Shown here piece by piece: positions 1 through 9,871 of a DNA stretch of 64,000 nt. The notes below the pieces were generated by a model. That model was given only the letters and a program-made list of their open reading frames with translations. It ran no database searches and had not been told where the DNA came from. Numbering within the stretch: position 1 is the first letter of the stretch; each line of letters opens with the position of its first letter. The stretch comes from Candidatus Poseidoniales archaeon (GTDB lineage: Archaea; Thermoplasmatota; Poseidoniia; Poseidoniales; Poseidoniaceae). Both the position numbers and the translations under genes were made by a program. The stretch spans positions 7,644-71,643 of the forward strand of contig JAYNJV010000003.1 in the NCBI GenBank assembly GCA_038110525.1, read 5' to 3'.

Positions 1-496
1 AACCCATTTGGGTCTCGTCTCAAGAGCGTGGGGGGCACAATACTTCCATGTCTTTGGCGATGAAGATTCCAAGTTATTTTCAACCATCCAACAGGTCAAT
101 CAACGGTTCGGTGGTTTGATGGAGTGCCATCATCAAAAGGGATTAATGCGTTGGATGAAAAATTTCCAAGACCCAAACCAAACAAATGGTGTCATTGTTC
201 ACTTGACGATGTATGGTCAAAACTACAAAGAAGTCGTTTCTGAGATAGAATCGAATCGACCAATAGCAATTATTGTAGGAGGTGCAAAAGTACCTGGAGA
301 AGTGTTCAAAATTTCTGATTTTAACGCCTCAGTTGGAACGCAACCTCATTCTGAAGTGGCCGCACTTGCCCTCTTTCTTGACCAGTTGAATACTTCGAGA
401 AATTCGGTTCCAATGTTTGTAAATCCTGAGTTGATTATCGAACCTTCCGCCGATGGAAAAATTGTACATTCAATGAAGGATTTTGAAGAAGAGTAA
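1..496 (+). CDS. tRNA (cytidine56-2'-O)-methyltransferase aTrm56, C-terminal part (5' end lies outside the window)
   Basis: No stop codon upstream of the ORF-track start, so the gene runs off the window edge. Translation contains 'VHLTMYG', 'IIVGGAKVP...NASVGTQPHSEVAALALFLDQL', which I recall from Pyrococcus aTrm56 (SPOUT family). Confidence 0.75.
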   Translation, partial: THLGLVSRAWGAQYFHVFGDEDSKLFSTIQQVNQRFGGLMECHHQKGLMRWMKNFQDPNQTNGVIVHLTMYGQNYKEVVSEIESNRPIAIIVGGAKVPGEVFKISDFNASVGTQPHSEVAALALFLDQLNTSRNSVPMFVNPELIIEPSADGKIVHSMKDFEEE

Positions 497-613
497 ATAG
501 AAAGTTACTTGCGATATTGCAGGTGAGTTTAGCACAAAAGGGATGGTTTTTATTTGCAATAAAAAACATCAATATCACACCCAATAATTATGACCTACCG
601 TTTCTGAAAGAAG

Positions 614-1924
614 TTGATGTCAGAGGCCTCTAATGCTGAACTAAGCATGAGCAAGGCGCACTTTACCTCTGACAGACTTGAGAACTTACCACTCCCGGAT
701 GCAACCGATGGGCTCAAATCATCTGAGAACTTACCTGAAACAGCGACTGGCAAAGGCGTCATCCTCACTGCTGATGGCCAAAGGTACGAAGGCGACCTTT
801 TTGGAGCAAAAGGTTGGGCTGAAGGAGAATTAGTGTTCACTACTGGGATGATGGGTTATCAAGAATCGCTGACCGACCCCTCATTTGCTGGACAAATCCT
901 CACATTTACATATCCACTCATTGGAAATTATGGAGTCCATGAGGGCAAGTCCGAATCATCAAAAATTTGGCCAAGAGGTGTCATTGTTCGCCACGCCACA
1001 CCAATCCCCGACCATAGAGACAGCATTGCCAACATTGATGAATTTCTAAGATTCCATAGCGTTCCCGGTATAGAAGGGGTTGATACCCGTTCCATTACAC
1101 GCCATGTGAGAGAACTTGGTACCGTCCTTTGCATCTTTGGACCTCTCGAAGATGAACAACAAATGAAGGCAAGGCTCGCAGATTTAACATCACCCGACCT
1201 TGAAGATTTAGTTGATGAGGTTTCGATCAACGAACCGATTCATCTAGGACAATATTACATGAATCAAACCTACGATGACCGCCCTCGTCTAGGCGTCATT
1301 GACTGCGGCATCAAATACAACATTTTGCGACACTTATGTGCCTATTTTGATGTTGTTTGGTGTCCTCCGGATGTTGATTATGACCATTTACGTTCGAACT
1401 ACAACATTCAAGCATTGTTTTGTTCAAATGGCCCCGGAGACCCTGCACATCCAGGAAAAGCGACACAGGCTCGAAAGACTCTTGCAAGAGCGGTCTTTGA
1501 TAACCTCCCCGTCATGGGCATTTGTTTAGGTCACCAATTGATGGGACTTGCCTCGGGATTACAAACCTACAAAATGAGGTATGGACACCGCGGTGCCAAT
1601 CAACCCGTCGTTGATTTGGTCAGTGGAACCGTTGCAATTACAAGTCAAAACCACGGCTTTGCTGTAGCACATCCTCATGATGGAATGCTCGCTGCACATC
1701 CAACAGGAGCAACCTCGCCAAAGGTTGAGAATTTACATGGCTCCGAAATCAAAGTTCGATATGTGAACGCAAACGATGGAACGGTGGAAGGCCTTGATGT
1801 CATCAACAAACCATGCTTCACTGTTCAATTTCACCCTGAGGCATGCCCTGGGCCACACGATGCTTCTCCATTGTTTGAACGGTTTAGGACAATGGTCGAT
1901 ACACATTATAGAGGTGAAGTGTAA
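614..1924 (+). CDS. carA: carbamoyl-phosphate synthase small (glutamine amidotransferase) subunit
   Basis: CarA N-domain signature 'GELVFTTGMMGYQESLTDPSFAGQILTFTYPLIGNYG' and class I GATase motif 'GICLGHQL'. There are about 45 extra N-terminal residues before the conserved start, so the true start is uncertain. Stop overlaps the carB start (TAATG). Confidence 0.93.
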   Translation: MMSEASNAELSMSKAHFTSDRLENLPLPDATDGLKSSENLPETATGKGVILTADGQRYEGDLFGAKGWAEGELVFTTGMMGYQESLTDPSFAGQILTFTYPLIGNYGVHEGKSESSKIWPRGVIVRHATPIPDHRDSIANIDEFLRFHSVPGIEGVDTRSITRHVRELGTVLCIFGPLEDEQQMKARLADLTSPDLEDLVDEVSINEPIHLGQYYMNQTYDDRPRLGVIDCGIKYNILRHLCAYFDVVWCPPDVDYDHLRSNYNIQALFCSNGPGDPAHPGKATQARKTLARAVFDNLPVMGICLGHQLMGLASGLQTYKMRYGHRGANQPVVDLVSGTVAITSQNHGFAVAHPHDGMLAAHPTGATSPKVENLHGSEIKVRYVNANDGTVEGLDVINKPCFTVQFHPEACPGPHDASPLFERFRTMVDTHYRGEV

Positions 1925-4900
1925 TGCCACGGCGAGACGATTTAACCACCATTTGTGTTTTGGGAAGCGGCCCAATCAAAATTGGTCAAGCGGCTGAATT
2001 TGATTTCTCGGGTTCTCAAGCCGTCCGTGCACTACGAGAAGATGGATATCGAGTCATTCTTGTGAACTCAAATCCAGCAACGATTCAAAACGACCCAGAA
2101 ATGGCAGATGTGGTCTATATCGAACCATTGCTGCCAGCAACCGTTCGTAGAATTCTCGAAATCGAAAAGCCATGTGCGTTGCTGGCAGGCATGGGTGGGC
2201 AAACCGCTCTGAATATCGCAAGTGAATTAGCACATGATGGAACATTGGAACGGCTAGGTGTCGAACTGATTGGTTCTGACCTCGATGCCATAGACAAAGC
2301 AGAAGACAGAGAGTTGTTCAATCAAGTTTGTGATTCAATTCAACTTCCTATCAGCCAAGCCATTGCGTGCAATTCTATTGAAGAGGTCATCGCTGCTGCA
2401 AACACCATTGGCTCCTGGCCGATCCTCATACGCCCTGCATTTACATTAGGAGGGTTAGGCGGGGGAACGGCTTGGGATATGGGACAATTGGTCGAAATAT
2501 CTCAATTAGGACTACGAAATTCAAGGATCTCTCAAGTGCTTATTGAAGAATCAATTCTCGGCTGGCAAGAACTTGAGTACGAAGTAATGAGAGACGCAGC
2601 AGATAACGCCATCATCGTTTGTACTATGGAAAACATAGACCCGATGGGTGTTCACACTGGTGAATCGACCGTGGTAGCCCCATTGCAATCATTTAGCGAT
2701 GCTGACCACCAAATTCTGCGAAATCAAGCACTTGCGTTGATTCGTGCCCTAAACATCAAAGGCGGATGCAACGTTCAATTTGCTTTCAATCAATCAACTG
2801 GTGAAATTCGAGTCATCGAAGTCAATCCTCGTGTTTCGAGGTCCTCAGCACTTGCATCAAAAGCAACAGGTTACCCAATTGCGAGAATGGCTGCGAAAAT
2901 TGCTGTGGGTTACACTCTGGATGAATTGCCCAATCCAATCACAGGAGAAGGAACGACTGCTGCCTTTGAACCAACGCTTGATTATTGTGTAGTGAAAATA
3001 CCTCGCTGGCCATTCGATAAATTCCGGACCGCTGACAGGACACTCGGTACTTCAATGAAATCGACCGGCGAAGTCATGGCAATTGGTCGAAATTTCGAAG
3101 AGGCTTTTCTCAAGGCATGGGCTTCATTGGAACAAGGTTGTCCGCATCCAAGGCCACTCACCAGAGCAGATGAATCTGAAGGGGAAGGTATGAGTGAACG
3201 CTCACTTGAACAACTACCAGATAAAACCCTTGAAGAATGGTGTAGAATTGCTACTGATCGAAGAATGGGTGCACTTCTTGAGGCTTTTCGAAGAGGGTGG
3301 AGCATAGAACGAGTGTTTGAAATTACGAGTATCACTCGATGGTTCTTGCACCGATTTGAAAAGATTGCACGTCTTGAAAAAGAGATTGTTGAATCGCGAA
3401 TATCTCCTTCTGAAATTTCCATAGATTCGATGATTCGATGGAAATCCCACGGATTTACTGATGCCCATATCGCTGATGCACTTTGTGGGTTTCCTTCAGA
3501 AGGATACAAATCATTGCCTGTCGGTATGGACGAACGATCTGTGATGCTTCGAAGACACGAATTAGGCGTACACCCGAGATACAGAATGGTCGACTCGTGT
3601 GCTGCAGAATTCGCTGCAAAAACCCCATATTATTATTCCACATACGAAACCCATACGCAATTAGGAATTGACCTATTGCCTGACCTTGAGACAAGAACAA
3701 AAGAACGCATCGTCACAATTGGCAGTGGACCAATTCGTATTGGGCAGGGTATTGAATTCGACTATGGATGTGTCCACGCAGTCAAAGCCATTCGGGAGAG
3801 TGGGAAAGATGCGATTATCATCAACAACAACCCCGAAACGGTATCAACAGATTTTGATACATCCGATCGGCTATATTTTGATCCACTCACACTTGAGTTT
3901 GTCAGTGAAATTCTTCTACGAGAAATGGCTCATGGGATTTTACTCCAATTTGGAGGTCAAACTGCAATCAACCTCGCTGAACCAATCGAACGTCGATTAC
4001 CCGATTTACGTGTCCACGGTTTAGCCATGAGCATCATTGGAACGACATGTGATGCTATTGACGAAGCGAGTGATAGACAACGATTCGAAGCGTTTGCAAA
4101 GCGTTCAGGACTCAAGATGCCAAAGGGTGCAACTGGTTCAACTTCGGATGACATTCGAAACGCGGTTGAAGAAATCGGGTTTCCCGTGCTCATACGTCCA
4201 TCATATGTTCTTGGTGGTCGAGGCATGGAGATTCTTTCCAACCAAACACAACTGGAAAATTACTTGAAAGAAGCATACATTGCTCCAGATAAACCCCTGC
4301 TCATCGATGAATATTTGGGTCATGCGACTGAATTGGATGTTGATGCAGCATCCGATGGCGACCAAGTGCTTGTTGGTGCAATCATGGAACATCTCGAAGA
4401 AGCTGGCATTCATTCAGGTGACTCAACCTGCTTCATTCCTGCACAAAACATTTCGCAAAATCTCCTCAGTCAAGTTGAGGAGCAGACCAAAATCATCGGC
4501 TTGGGCTTAGGCATTAAGGGATGTTACAACATCCAATTTGCAATACAAAACGATACATTGTATGTTCTCGAAGTCAATCCGAGGTCATCAAGAACTGTTC
4601 CTTTCGTTGCAAAAGCCTCCGGTCTTCCCTTAGCAAAAATCGCTGCGATGATTACTATTGGTCTTCCTTTGTCGAGTCAAAATATCCCGAGAAGAACCAG
4701 CGGCCAAGTATGTGTAAAAGCCCCTGTGTTTCCTTTCATTAAACTCAGGGGACTTGACCCTGCCCCAGGACCCGAAATGAAATCGACAGGAGAGGTCTAT
4801 GGGTCGGACCAACGTGCAGACTTTGCATATCTCAAAGCTCGTCTCGCTACCGAAGTTCCAGTCGCTACTTCGGGTGGAGTTTATCTGACTGTTCGAGATG

Positions 4901-5268
4901 AAGACAAAAAAGAACTTATTCCGATAGCCCAAGAATTACAAAGACTTGGTTTTACTCTTTACGCAACACCAGGAACAGGTGATGTTCTGCGAGATGGAGG
5001 TGTTTCAGTGACAACCGTGTATCGAATCGCTGAAGGAAAGCATCCCGATGCCTTAGATTTAATGCGACAAGGAAAGGTCTCGTTCATTATCAATGTCCCG
5101 ACCATATCAGGCGGTGCAGTTCGTGATGGAAATATGATGAGGCGACTCGCTGTCGAACTCAACATTCCTTTCGTAACGACAATACGTGGAGCAACAATGG
5201 AAGTGGCTGCGATGCGAGCTCATCAAAAAGATACGCTCGAGCCAAGACAGTTAACTGTTCACTACTGA
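1924..5268 (+). CDS. carB: carbamoyl-phosphate synthase large subunit
   Basis: 1114 aa with two ATP-grasp halves ('ICVLGSGPIKIGQAAEFDFSG', 'IVTIGSGPIRIGQGIEFDYG'), an oligomerisation domain and an MGS-like C-terminal domain. Translationally coupled to carA. Confidence 0.97.
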   Translation: MPRRDDLTTICVLGSGPIKIGQAAEFDFSGSQAVRALREDGYRVILVNSNPATIQNDPEMADVVYIEPLLPATVRRILEIEKPCALLAGMGGQTALNIASELAHDGTLERLGVELIGSDLDAIDKAEDRELFNQVCDSIQLPISQAIACNSIEEVIAAANTIGSWPILIRPAFTLGGLGGGTAWDMGQLVEISQLGLRNSRISQVLIEESILGWQELEYEVMRDAADNAIIVCTMENIDPMGVHTGESTVVAPLQSFSDADHQILRNQALALIRALNIKGGCNVQFAFNQSTGEIRVIEVNPRVSRSSALASKATGYPIARMAAKIAVGYTLDELPNPITGEGTTAAFEPTLDYCVVKIPRWPFDKFRTADRTLGTSMKSTGEVMAIGRNFEEAFLKAWASLEQGCPHPRPLTRADESEGEGMSERSLEQLPDKTLEEWCRIATDRRMGALLEAFRRGWSIERVFEITSITRWFLHRFEKIARLEKEIVESRISPSEISIDSMIRWKSHGFTDAHIADALCGFPSEGYKSLPVGMDERSVMLRRHELGVHPRYRMVDSCAAEFAAKTPYYYSTYETHTQLGIDLLPDLETRTKERIVTIGSGPIRIGQGIEFDYGCVHAVKAIRESGKDAIIINNNPETVSTDFDTSDRLYFDPLTLEFVSEILLREMAHGILLQFGGQTAINLAEPIERRLPDLRVHGLAMSIIGTTCDAIDEASDRQRFEAFAKRSGLKMPKGATGSTSDDIRNAVEEIGFPVLIRPSYVLGGRGMEILSNQTQLENYLKEAYIAPDKPLLIDEYLGHATELDVDAASDGDQVLVGAIMEHLEEAGIHSGDSTCFIPAQNISQNLLSQVEEQTKIIGLGLGIKGCYNIQFAIQNDTLYVLEVNPRSSRTVPFVAKASGLPLAKIAAMITIGLPLSSQNIPRRTSGQVCVKAPVFPFIKLRGLDPAPGPEMKSTGEVYGSDQRADFAYLKARLATEVPVATSGGVYLTVRDEDKKELIPIAQELQRLGFTLYATPGTGDVLRDGGVSVTTVYRIAEGKHPDALDLMRQGKVSFIINVPTISGGAVRDGNMMRRLAVELNIPFVTTIRGATMEVAAMRAHQKDTLEPRQLTVHY

Positions 5269-6504
5269 TCAGCACTCATCAAAAGCTTCAATCAAGTATT
5301 TTGTAACTGGGCTTGTGTGGGCTAATTCTGGTATCGCATCTTTTCCTTGTTCTGCATAGGTCAAAATGACATCCTTCACTCGAACATTTCCTTCAGCTGA
5401 ACGTGCTAAGATCGTGTTTGGTTTGAGGTTTTTTCCAGTGCCATGAGGGTCATACACTGTATCAAGCGCTTCATTTAGGAACCACTCAGCTTTTCCACCA
5501 GGCTCTCCTTCGTAGGTTCTTTTTGGCTTCTTTGCACCAAAGAGGCCCCCTGCCTTCTTTTTTGGCTCTTCTTTCTTTGTTTCAGGAATTGCCTCTTCTT
5601 TTTTAGGCTCTGACTTCGATTCAACTTGCTTTGACTCCTGTTTTTCTTTGGTTGAGTCCTTCTCAGATGATTCCTTCTTTTCTTCAGTTTTTGATGCAGA
5701 TGAAGTTTGATTGGATTCAAGTTTTTCGATCGTATCTTTGAGTGCTCGTATTTCATCGATATACTTGGACGCTGCATGCATCAAAGCTGCAGACATACTG
5801 GATTCAAGTTGAAGGGCCAATAATTCGTTGTTCAGGCCTTGCCATTTCTTCCATTGAAACATGGTGTTTTCAATAATATCCGAACCACATTTTGGACAGA
5901 AACTCTTCTTTGGCGGTTTCATAATGGGAATATCTTTCATCACATCCATCATTTGATTCGACGCCTTTTTTTGAGAAATGTCCAAGAGAGTATGGAGAGT
6001 TTTGAGGCCAATATCCATCGATTCATTGATTAAATCTTGATGGGCATCAAACTTTCCTGAGGTCACAGTATTGCTAAAAGGTTCTTTTTCGAATGCCGCA
6101 AGAATGACTTCCTTCGGAGTGTTTGATTTACCCCACGAAATTGACGAAAGAGAGGTTGGTACTTCCATCGCTTCCGCAACGGCGAATGCATCGTCGAGCG
6201 AACCACCATCATCAGCTGCTGCTGCAATACCGAGTTCAATTGGATTTGCTCCCTCTTCGACTTTGGCAATCATGTTAAATTTGTCTGCCATTGAAAGGTC
6301 ATCCCTCATACGTATGGCTTCTTTGAGTTGATTGAGGTCATGCCCTGTTGAGGTGATGGGGCCTTGACGATTCAAATCGTGTCCGCAGGTCAAACAATAG
6401 GTGGCAGTCACTTCGACTTTCGATTCACAAGTCGGACAGTAGACTCCCGCCATGGCCATCAATAACCTCAACGGTTTTTGAATCATTTCCGAAAAAAAAT
6501 TCAT
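5269..6504 (-). CDS. hypothetical protein with an N-terminal zinc ribbon (CPTC..CLTCGH), a second CPKCG motif, a Lys/Glu-rich low-complexity linker and a conserved-looking C-terminal domain
   Basis: Long intact ORF of 411 aa. Cys pairs are spaced as a zinc ribbon, followed by a KE-rich segment of about 70 aa (KTEEKKESSEKDSTKEKQESK...). I recognise no family. Confidence 0.5.
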   Translation of the reverse strand: MNFFSEMIQKPLRLLMAMAGVYCPTCESKVEVTATYCLTCGHDLNRQGPITSTGHDLNQLKEAIRMRDDLSMADKFNMIAKVEEGANPIELGIAAAADDGGSLDDAFAVAEAMEVPTSLSSISWGKSNTPKEVILAAFEKEPFSNTVTSGKFDAHQDLINESMDIGLKTLHTLLDISQKKASNQMMDVMKDIPIMKPPKKSFCPKCGSDIIENTMFQWKKWQGLNNELLALQLESSMSAALMHAASKYIDEIRALKDTIEKLESNQTSSASKTEEKKESSEKDSTKEKQESKQVESKSEPKKEEAIPETKKEEPKKKAGGLFGAKKPKRTYEGEPGGKAEWFLNEALDTVYDPHGTGKNLKPNTILARSAEGNVRVKDVILTYAEQGKDAIPELAHTSPVTKYLIEAFDEC

Positions 6505-6540
6505 TTACGCCTTAAGATTAAACAATTCAAACATGTGGAA

Positions 6541-8136
6541 TTATTCAATGGCTAACTTGAGGAGTTGGATCGCTGAATCACGATGCCACGCTTCCAAAAT
6601 AGGTGCTAATCGAGGACCCTTTTCAGCACCAAGGAAGAGCAAATAGGACGCCCGATAGACCTCCTTCATCTTGAGATTCATAGTCTCAGCAATCAATCCA
6701 AAAACCGAATGGATATCAGTCGATGTCCAAGGAATGGCTGCAAAGTGTTCATGCATGAGTCTTAGGATGTTGATGTCCACTTCATTTGAATGTTCAAAAA
6801 AATATTCAGTTGGTTTTGATTGCAAACGTATTTGCATTTCTTCTGGGAAATGCTCAGACGATATCCAATATCTCATTCTACCTAATCGGTCACGAAGTTT
6901 AGAAGACACATCTGAAATCATTCCAGTTTGGAGCAGTGAATCAAAAACATCCTCGTCAGAATCGCGAATTTGGGCCAACATTGCGAGATGACGAAAACTG
7001 ACAGATTCAGATTTCGCTTTCTCGCCTTGAAACACAACGGCATACCTCATGGATGCCTCTGCATCTTCAACCTGCACTTTTTGCCTACGGCTCAAATCTG
7101 TCTGTAGTAATTCATCTTCAAAGTTTCTTGAAGCAAGCCTTTCATATTCATCAGCTAATGTTACAAGGCCCATACCAGTATCAAATTCAATGGCTTTACT
7201 CGGTTTTGTCTTCGCGACAAGAAGTCTCAAAATTTCAGGTGGTACGAGCCTCAACGCCTCCATCGGACCAATGGTGTTTCCAACCGAGGAGGACATCGCC
7301 CCCATGCCTTTCAGACTAATCCACTCATAGGTCAAAGGATTGGGAGCACTATGACCAAAAAACTCAACGATTTCTTTTCCAGTATCGTATGAACCACCGG
7401 CTGTTCCATGGTCCTTACCAAATGGTTCCATTGTAATTTCATTAAAACACCACCTGGCAGGCCAATCGATTCGCCATGGTAATTTTCCTTCTCCCTTGGA
7501 AATATCTGAAGTCCCACATGTTCCATCATCTTCTTCAAATGTTACAATGGGGTGCTGATAATCGATAATTTTGACATTACCTAAAGTACCATTTGAGGAA
7601 AGTGGCGTCCATGGAAACCAATCCTCTGGTAATTCTCTTCCTGAGACTCGCTCTATAATTTCTCTGACAATTTCTTTATTTTCACATACTTTTTGTGCAT
7701 ATGGTTCAAATTTTCCAGTGCGGTACATCTCCAAATTATCGACGATTCTTGGTTGAACACCAATCTCTTGCAAGGCAGATAAAAACGGTTCAAGAAAATG
7801 CTGAGCATAGGTCGCACCCGTCGTCTCAAAAAGTTTGACATCTGGTTTCCCATTCTCGTCCGGAGGGGGAATGTTTCCAATTTGGTGCCCAATATAATGT
7901 TCGTAATCTTGATGGAGAAATGGGTAGACTTTTCGAAGTGGGTCGGCTGAATCCACGATGAATATGAATTCAACATCGAGTCCAATATGTTGGCATGCCC
8001 TCGAAATAATTTCTCCGGTTAAGATTTCACGAATGTGGCCGATATGAAATTCTCCACTCGGTGTGATCCCCGCTGCAATGATGTGTTTTGAGCCCCTCTC
8101 TGCTAATTGAGATGCTGCTACATCTGCCCAATGCAT
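6541..8136 (-). CDS. lysK: lysyl-tRNA synthetase, class I (archaeal type)
   Basis: Starts 'MHWADV...', HIGH motif 'FHIGHIREIL', 531 aa; matches the class I LysRS architecture. Confidence 0.9.
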   Translation of the reverse strand: MHWADVAASQLAERGSKHIIAAGITPSGEFHIGHIREILTGEIISRACQHIGLDVEFIFIVDSADPLRKVYPFLHQDYEHYIGHQIGNIPPPDENGKPDVKLFETTGATYAQHFLEPFLSALQEIGVQPRIVDNLEMYRTGKFEPYAQKVCENKEIVREIIERVSGRELPEDWFPWTPLSSNGTLGNVKIIDYQHPIVTFEEDDGTCGTSDISKGEGKLPWRIDWPARWCFNEITMEPFGKDHGTAGGSYDTGKEIVEFFGHSAPNPLTYEWISLKGMGAMSSSVGNTIGPMEALRLVPPEILRLLVAKTKPSKAIEFDTGMGLVTLADEYERLASRNFEDELLQTDLSRRQKVQVEDAEASMRYAVVFQGEKAKSESVSFRHLAMLAQIRDSDEDVFDSLLQTGMISDVSSKLRDRLGRMRYWISSEHFPEEMQIRLQSKPTEYFFEHSNEVDINILRLMHEHFAAIPWTSTDIHSVFGLIAETMNLKMKEVYRASYLLFLGAEKGPRLAPILEAWHRDSAIQLLKLAIE

Positions 8137-8144
8137 AAATCCAC

Positions 8145-8735
8145 CTAAACCGATACAGCACGAATAAGACCACGAAGTGGAACATCATCAATTTCGTTTC
8201 TTGTGGTTTTGTTCACAAGAACCACGGCAAGTAAAACCTCGCCGCCTTTTTCACGTATGGATTCTATCGTTCTTGACATCGTTACACCTGAAGAGAGCAC
8301 ATCGTCGATGATCACAACTGACTTGCCTGAAACTTGACCATACTTATTGGACAATGACCCATGACCATCTCCAGAATCTGTCGTTCTATAGACCGTCATT
8401 TCGACACTTAGATTTCTTGCTACTTCATATGCAAATGCAATTCCGTTAATTGAAATCCCAACAATCGTATCAATGTTTGATCCAAGTTCTTCAATCACGA
8501 TATCTGCCATAATATCGCCGATAGCGGAAATGCGTTCAGGCCGAACACCAATGGTTCGCCAACCAATTCGGACATCATTAGGTCGCTCCACTTCACTGGC
8601 ATCGGTAAGCAACCAAGCAATGGTGTCTTGGGACAACGACATTTCATCTGCAATTTGTTGAGGATTTAGGCCCTCTTTTCTCAAATTCAAAGCCAGTGTT
8701 TTGAGTTCTTCAATGCTGAGTACCATCGTTATCAA
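8145..8735 (-). CDS. orotate phosphoribosyltransferase-like protein (HTH + PRTase domain; GfcR/PyrE-like regulator)
   Basis: N-terminal helix-turn-helix region followed by a PRPP-binding motif 'VVIIDDVLSSGVTM'. This domain arrangement is typical of archaeal OPRTase-like transcription regulators. Confidence 0.7.
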   Translation of the reverse strand: MITMVLSIEELKTLALNLRKEGLNPQQIADEMSLSQDTIAWLLTDASEVERPNDVRIGWRTIGVRPERISAIGDIMADIVIEELGSNIDTIVGISINGIAFAYEVARNLSVEMTVYRTTDSGDGHGSLSNKYGQVSGKSVVIIDDVLSSGVTMSRTIESIREKGGEVLLAVVLVNKTTRNEIDDVPLRGLIRAVSV

Positions 8736-8820
8736 GGAGAGGGGGAAGCAGATGATACTTCAACACTTCCCACCTTTTCCTATTGCAAGAATTGAAGAAG
8801 TGGAACTTTGACGATGGCAC

Positions 8821-9231
8821 ATGGGCGATTTCGACTACGAGGCGTTACTCGATAAAGCACGAGAAAATATCCCTGAAGAAATTTCAAATCGTGCACGGTG
8901 GCAATTACCGGCCCCTCAAATCCTCATCGAGGGTGCGAACACCATCTTTCGAAATTTCAACGATGTTGTTTCAATGATGGAACGTGATGAAAACCATGTG
9001 TATCAATACTTGCTCAATGATTTGGGTACTTCTGGTTCAAGAGATGGGCCGCGTGCACGTTTCAAAGGACGAATTCCACCCAAGAGAATCAAATCAGCAC
9101 TGGTCAATTATGTCAATACCTACATCAAATGCAACCAATGTTCTGCACCAGATACACACTTTGTAAAAGAGGATAGAACAACGCTGTTGAAATGTCAAGC
9201 GTGCGGAGCAACGAGACCTGTTAAATTGTGA
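8821..9231 (+). CDS. translation initiation factor aIF2 beta subunit
   Basis: 136 aa with C-terminal zinc ribbon 'CNQCSAPDT...CQACG', the conserved aIF2-beta/eIF2-beta core. Confidence 0.85.
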   Translation: MGDFDYEALLDKARENIPEEISNRARWQLPAPQILIEGANTIFRNFNDVVSMMERDENHVYQYLLNDLGTSGSRDGPRARFKGRIPPKRIKSALVNYVNTYIKCNQCSAPDTHFVKEDRTTLLKCQACGATRPVKL

Positions 9232-9243
9232 TACTGAGCCGAT

Positions 9244-9585
9244 TTATCCGTCCAACTTCATAAGCAAATGACCAGCTATTTTTCCACCCCTTACATGTTC
9301 GATGATCGATGGCAAATCTGCCTCACCCTGTAACGTATACCAGACTCCTTCCGGATAGACGACACAGGAGATACCATGTTCGCAATAATCCAGACACCCT
9401 GATTTTTGAATTCGTACTTTTTCGATTCCTGCTTCTCTTGATAATGCTTTGAGTTGAGATAAGAGTTGGAGACTTCCTCTCCCTGAACAATGAGGTCGCT
9501 GTGCCCCCTCTGGACGTTCATGACCACACACAAATACGTGCTTCAGATAACCAGGTTCATCATTCGTATCCTTGGTCAATCCCAT
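9244..9585 (-). CDS. thioredoxin-like [2Fe-2S] ferredoxin
   Basis: 'HVFVCGHERPEG...HCSGRGS...SGCLDYCEHGISCVVYPEGVWY', a four-Cys thioredoxin-like ferredoxin pattern. I take the internal Met (MGLTKD..) as the start because the upstream part of the ORF overlaps the PCD gene. Confidence 0.65.
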   Translation of the reverse strand: MGLTKDTNDEPGYLKHVFVCGHERPEGAQRPHCSGRGSLQLLSQLKALSREAGIEKVRIQKSGCLDYCEHGISCVVYPEGVWYTLQGEADLPSIIEHVRGGKIAGHLLMKLDG

Positions 9586-9589
9586 CACC

Positions 9590-9871
9590 TCAATCAATAT
9601 TTGAGATTGCGTTTGCGAGAACGATATCTCGTTGCGTAATTTTTTGTTCATCATGAGAGAAGAGCATGAGATGCACATAGCCCCAACCAAATGAAATGTC
9701 TGGATGGTGATTTTGGATTTCGGCCAATATGGAAATTTCATCAACAAACCGTTTTGCCATTTCAAAATTTGTAAATTTAAACTCGGCTACAAGTTTTTCA
9801 TTTTCGATCCGCCAAGGCTTGGGTAGGTCCAAAAACTCAGCCCCAAAGGTGTGAGTCAGTATCCCCAGCAC
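9590..9871 (-). CDS. pterin-4a-carbinolamine dehydratase (PCD/DCoH)
   Basis: 93 aa. 'WRIENEKLVAEFKFTNFEMAKRFVDEISILAEIQNHHPDISFGWGYVHL' matches the PCD signature ([EQ]-x-HHP). Its stop is 4 nt from the ferredoxin start. Confidence 0.8.
   Translation of the reverse strand: MLGILTHTFGAEFLDLPKPWRIENEKLVAEFKFTNFEMAKRFVDEISILAEIQNHHPDISFGWGYVHLMLFSHDEQKITQRDIVLANAISNID

Noticed and set aside
2982-3700. Several 80-175 aa ORFs on the minus strand inside carB (2982-3509, 3214-3468, 3455-3700)
   Set aside because: They lie entirely antisense to a strongly supported, conserved carB coding sequence and have low-complexity, unrecognisable translations. They are shadow ORFs.
5475-5777. 100-aa K/R/Q-rich ORF on the minus strand
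   Set aside because: It is an alternative frame of the KE-rich low-complexity segment of the 5269-6504 gene. Repetitive codon composition produces an open frame by chance.
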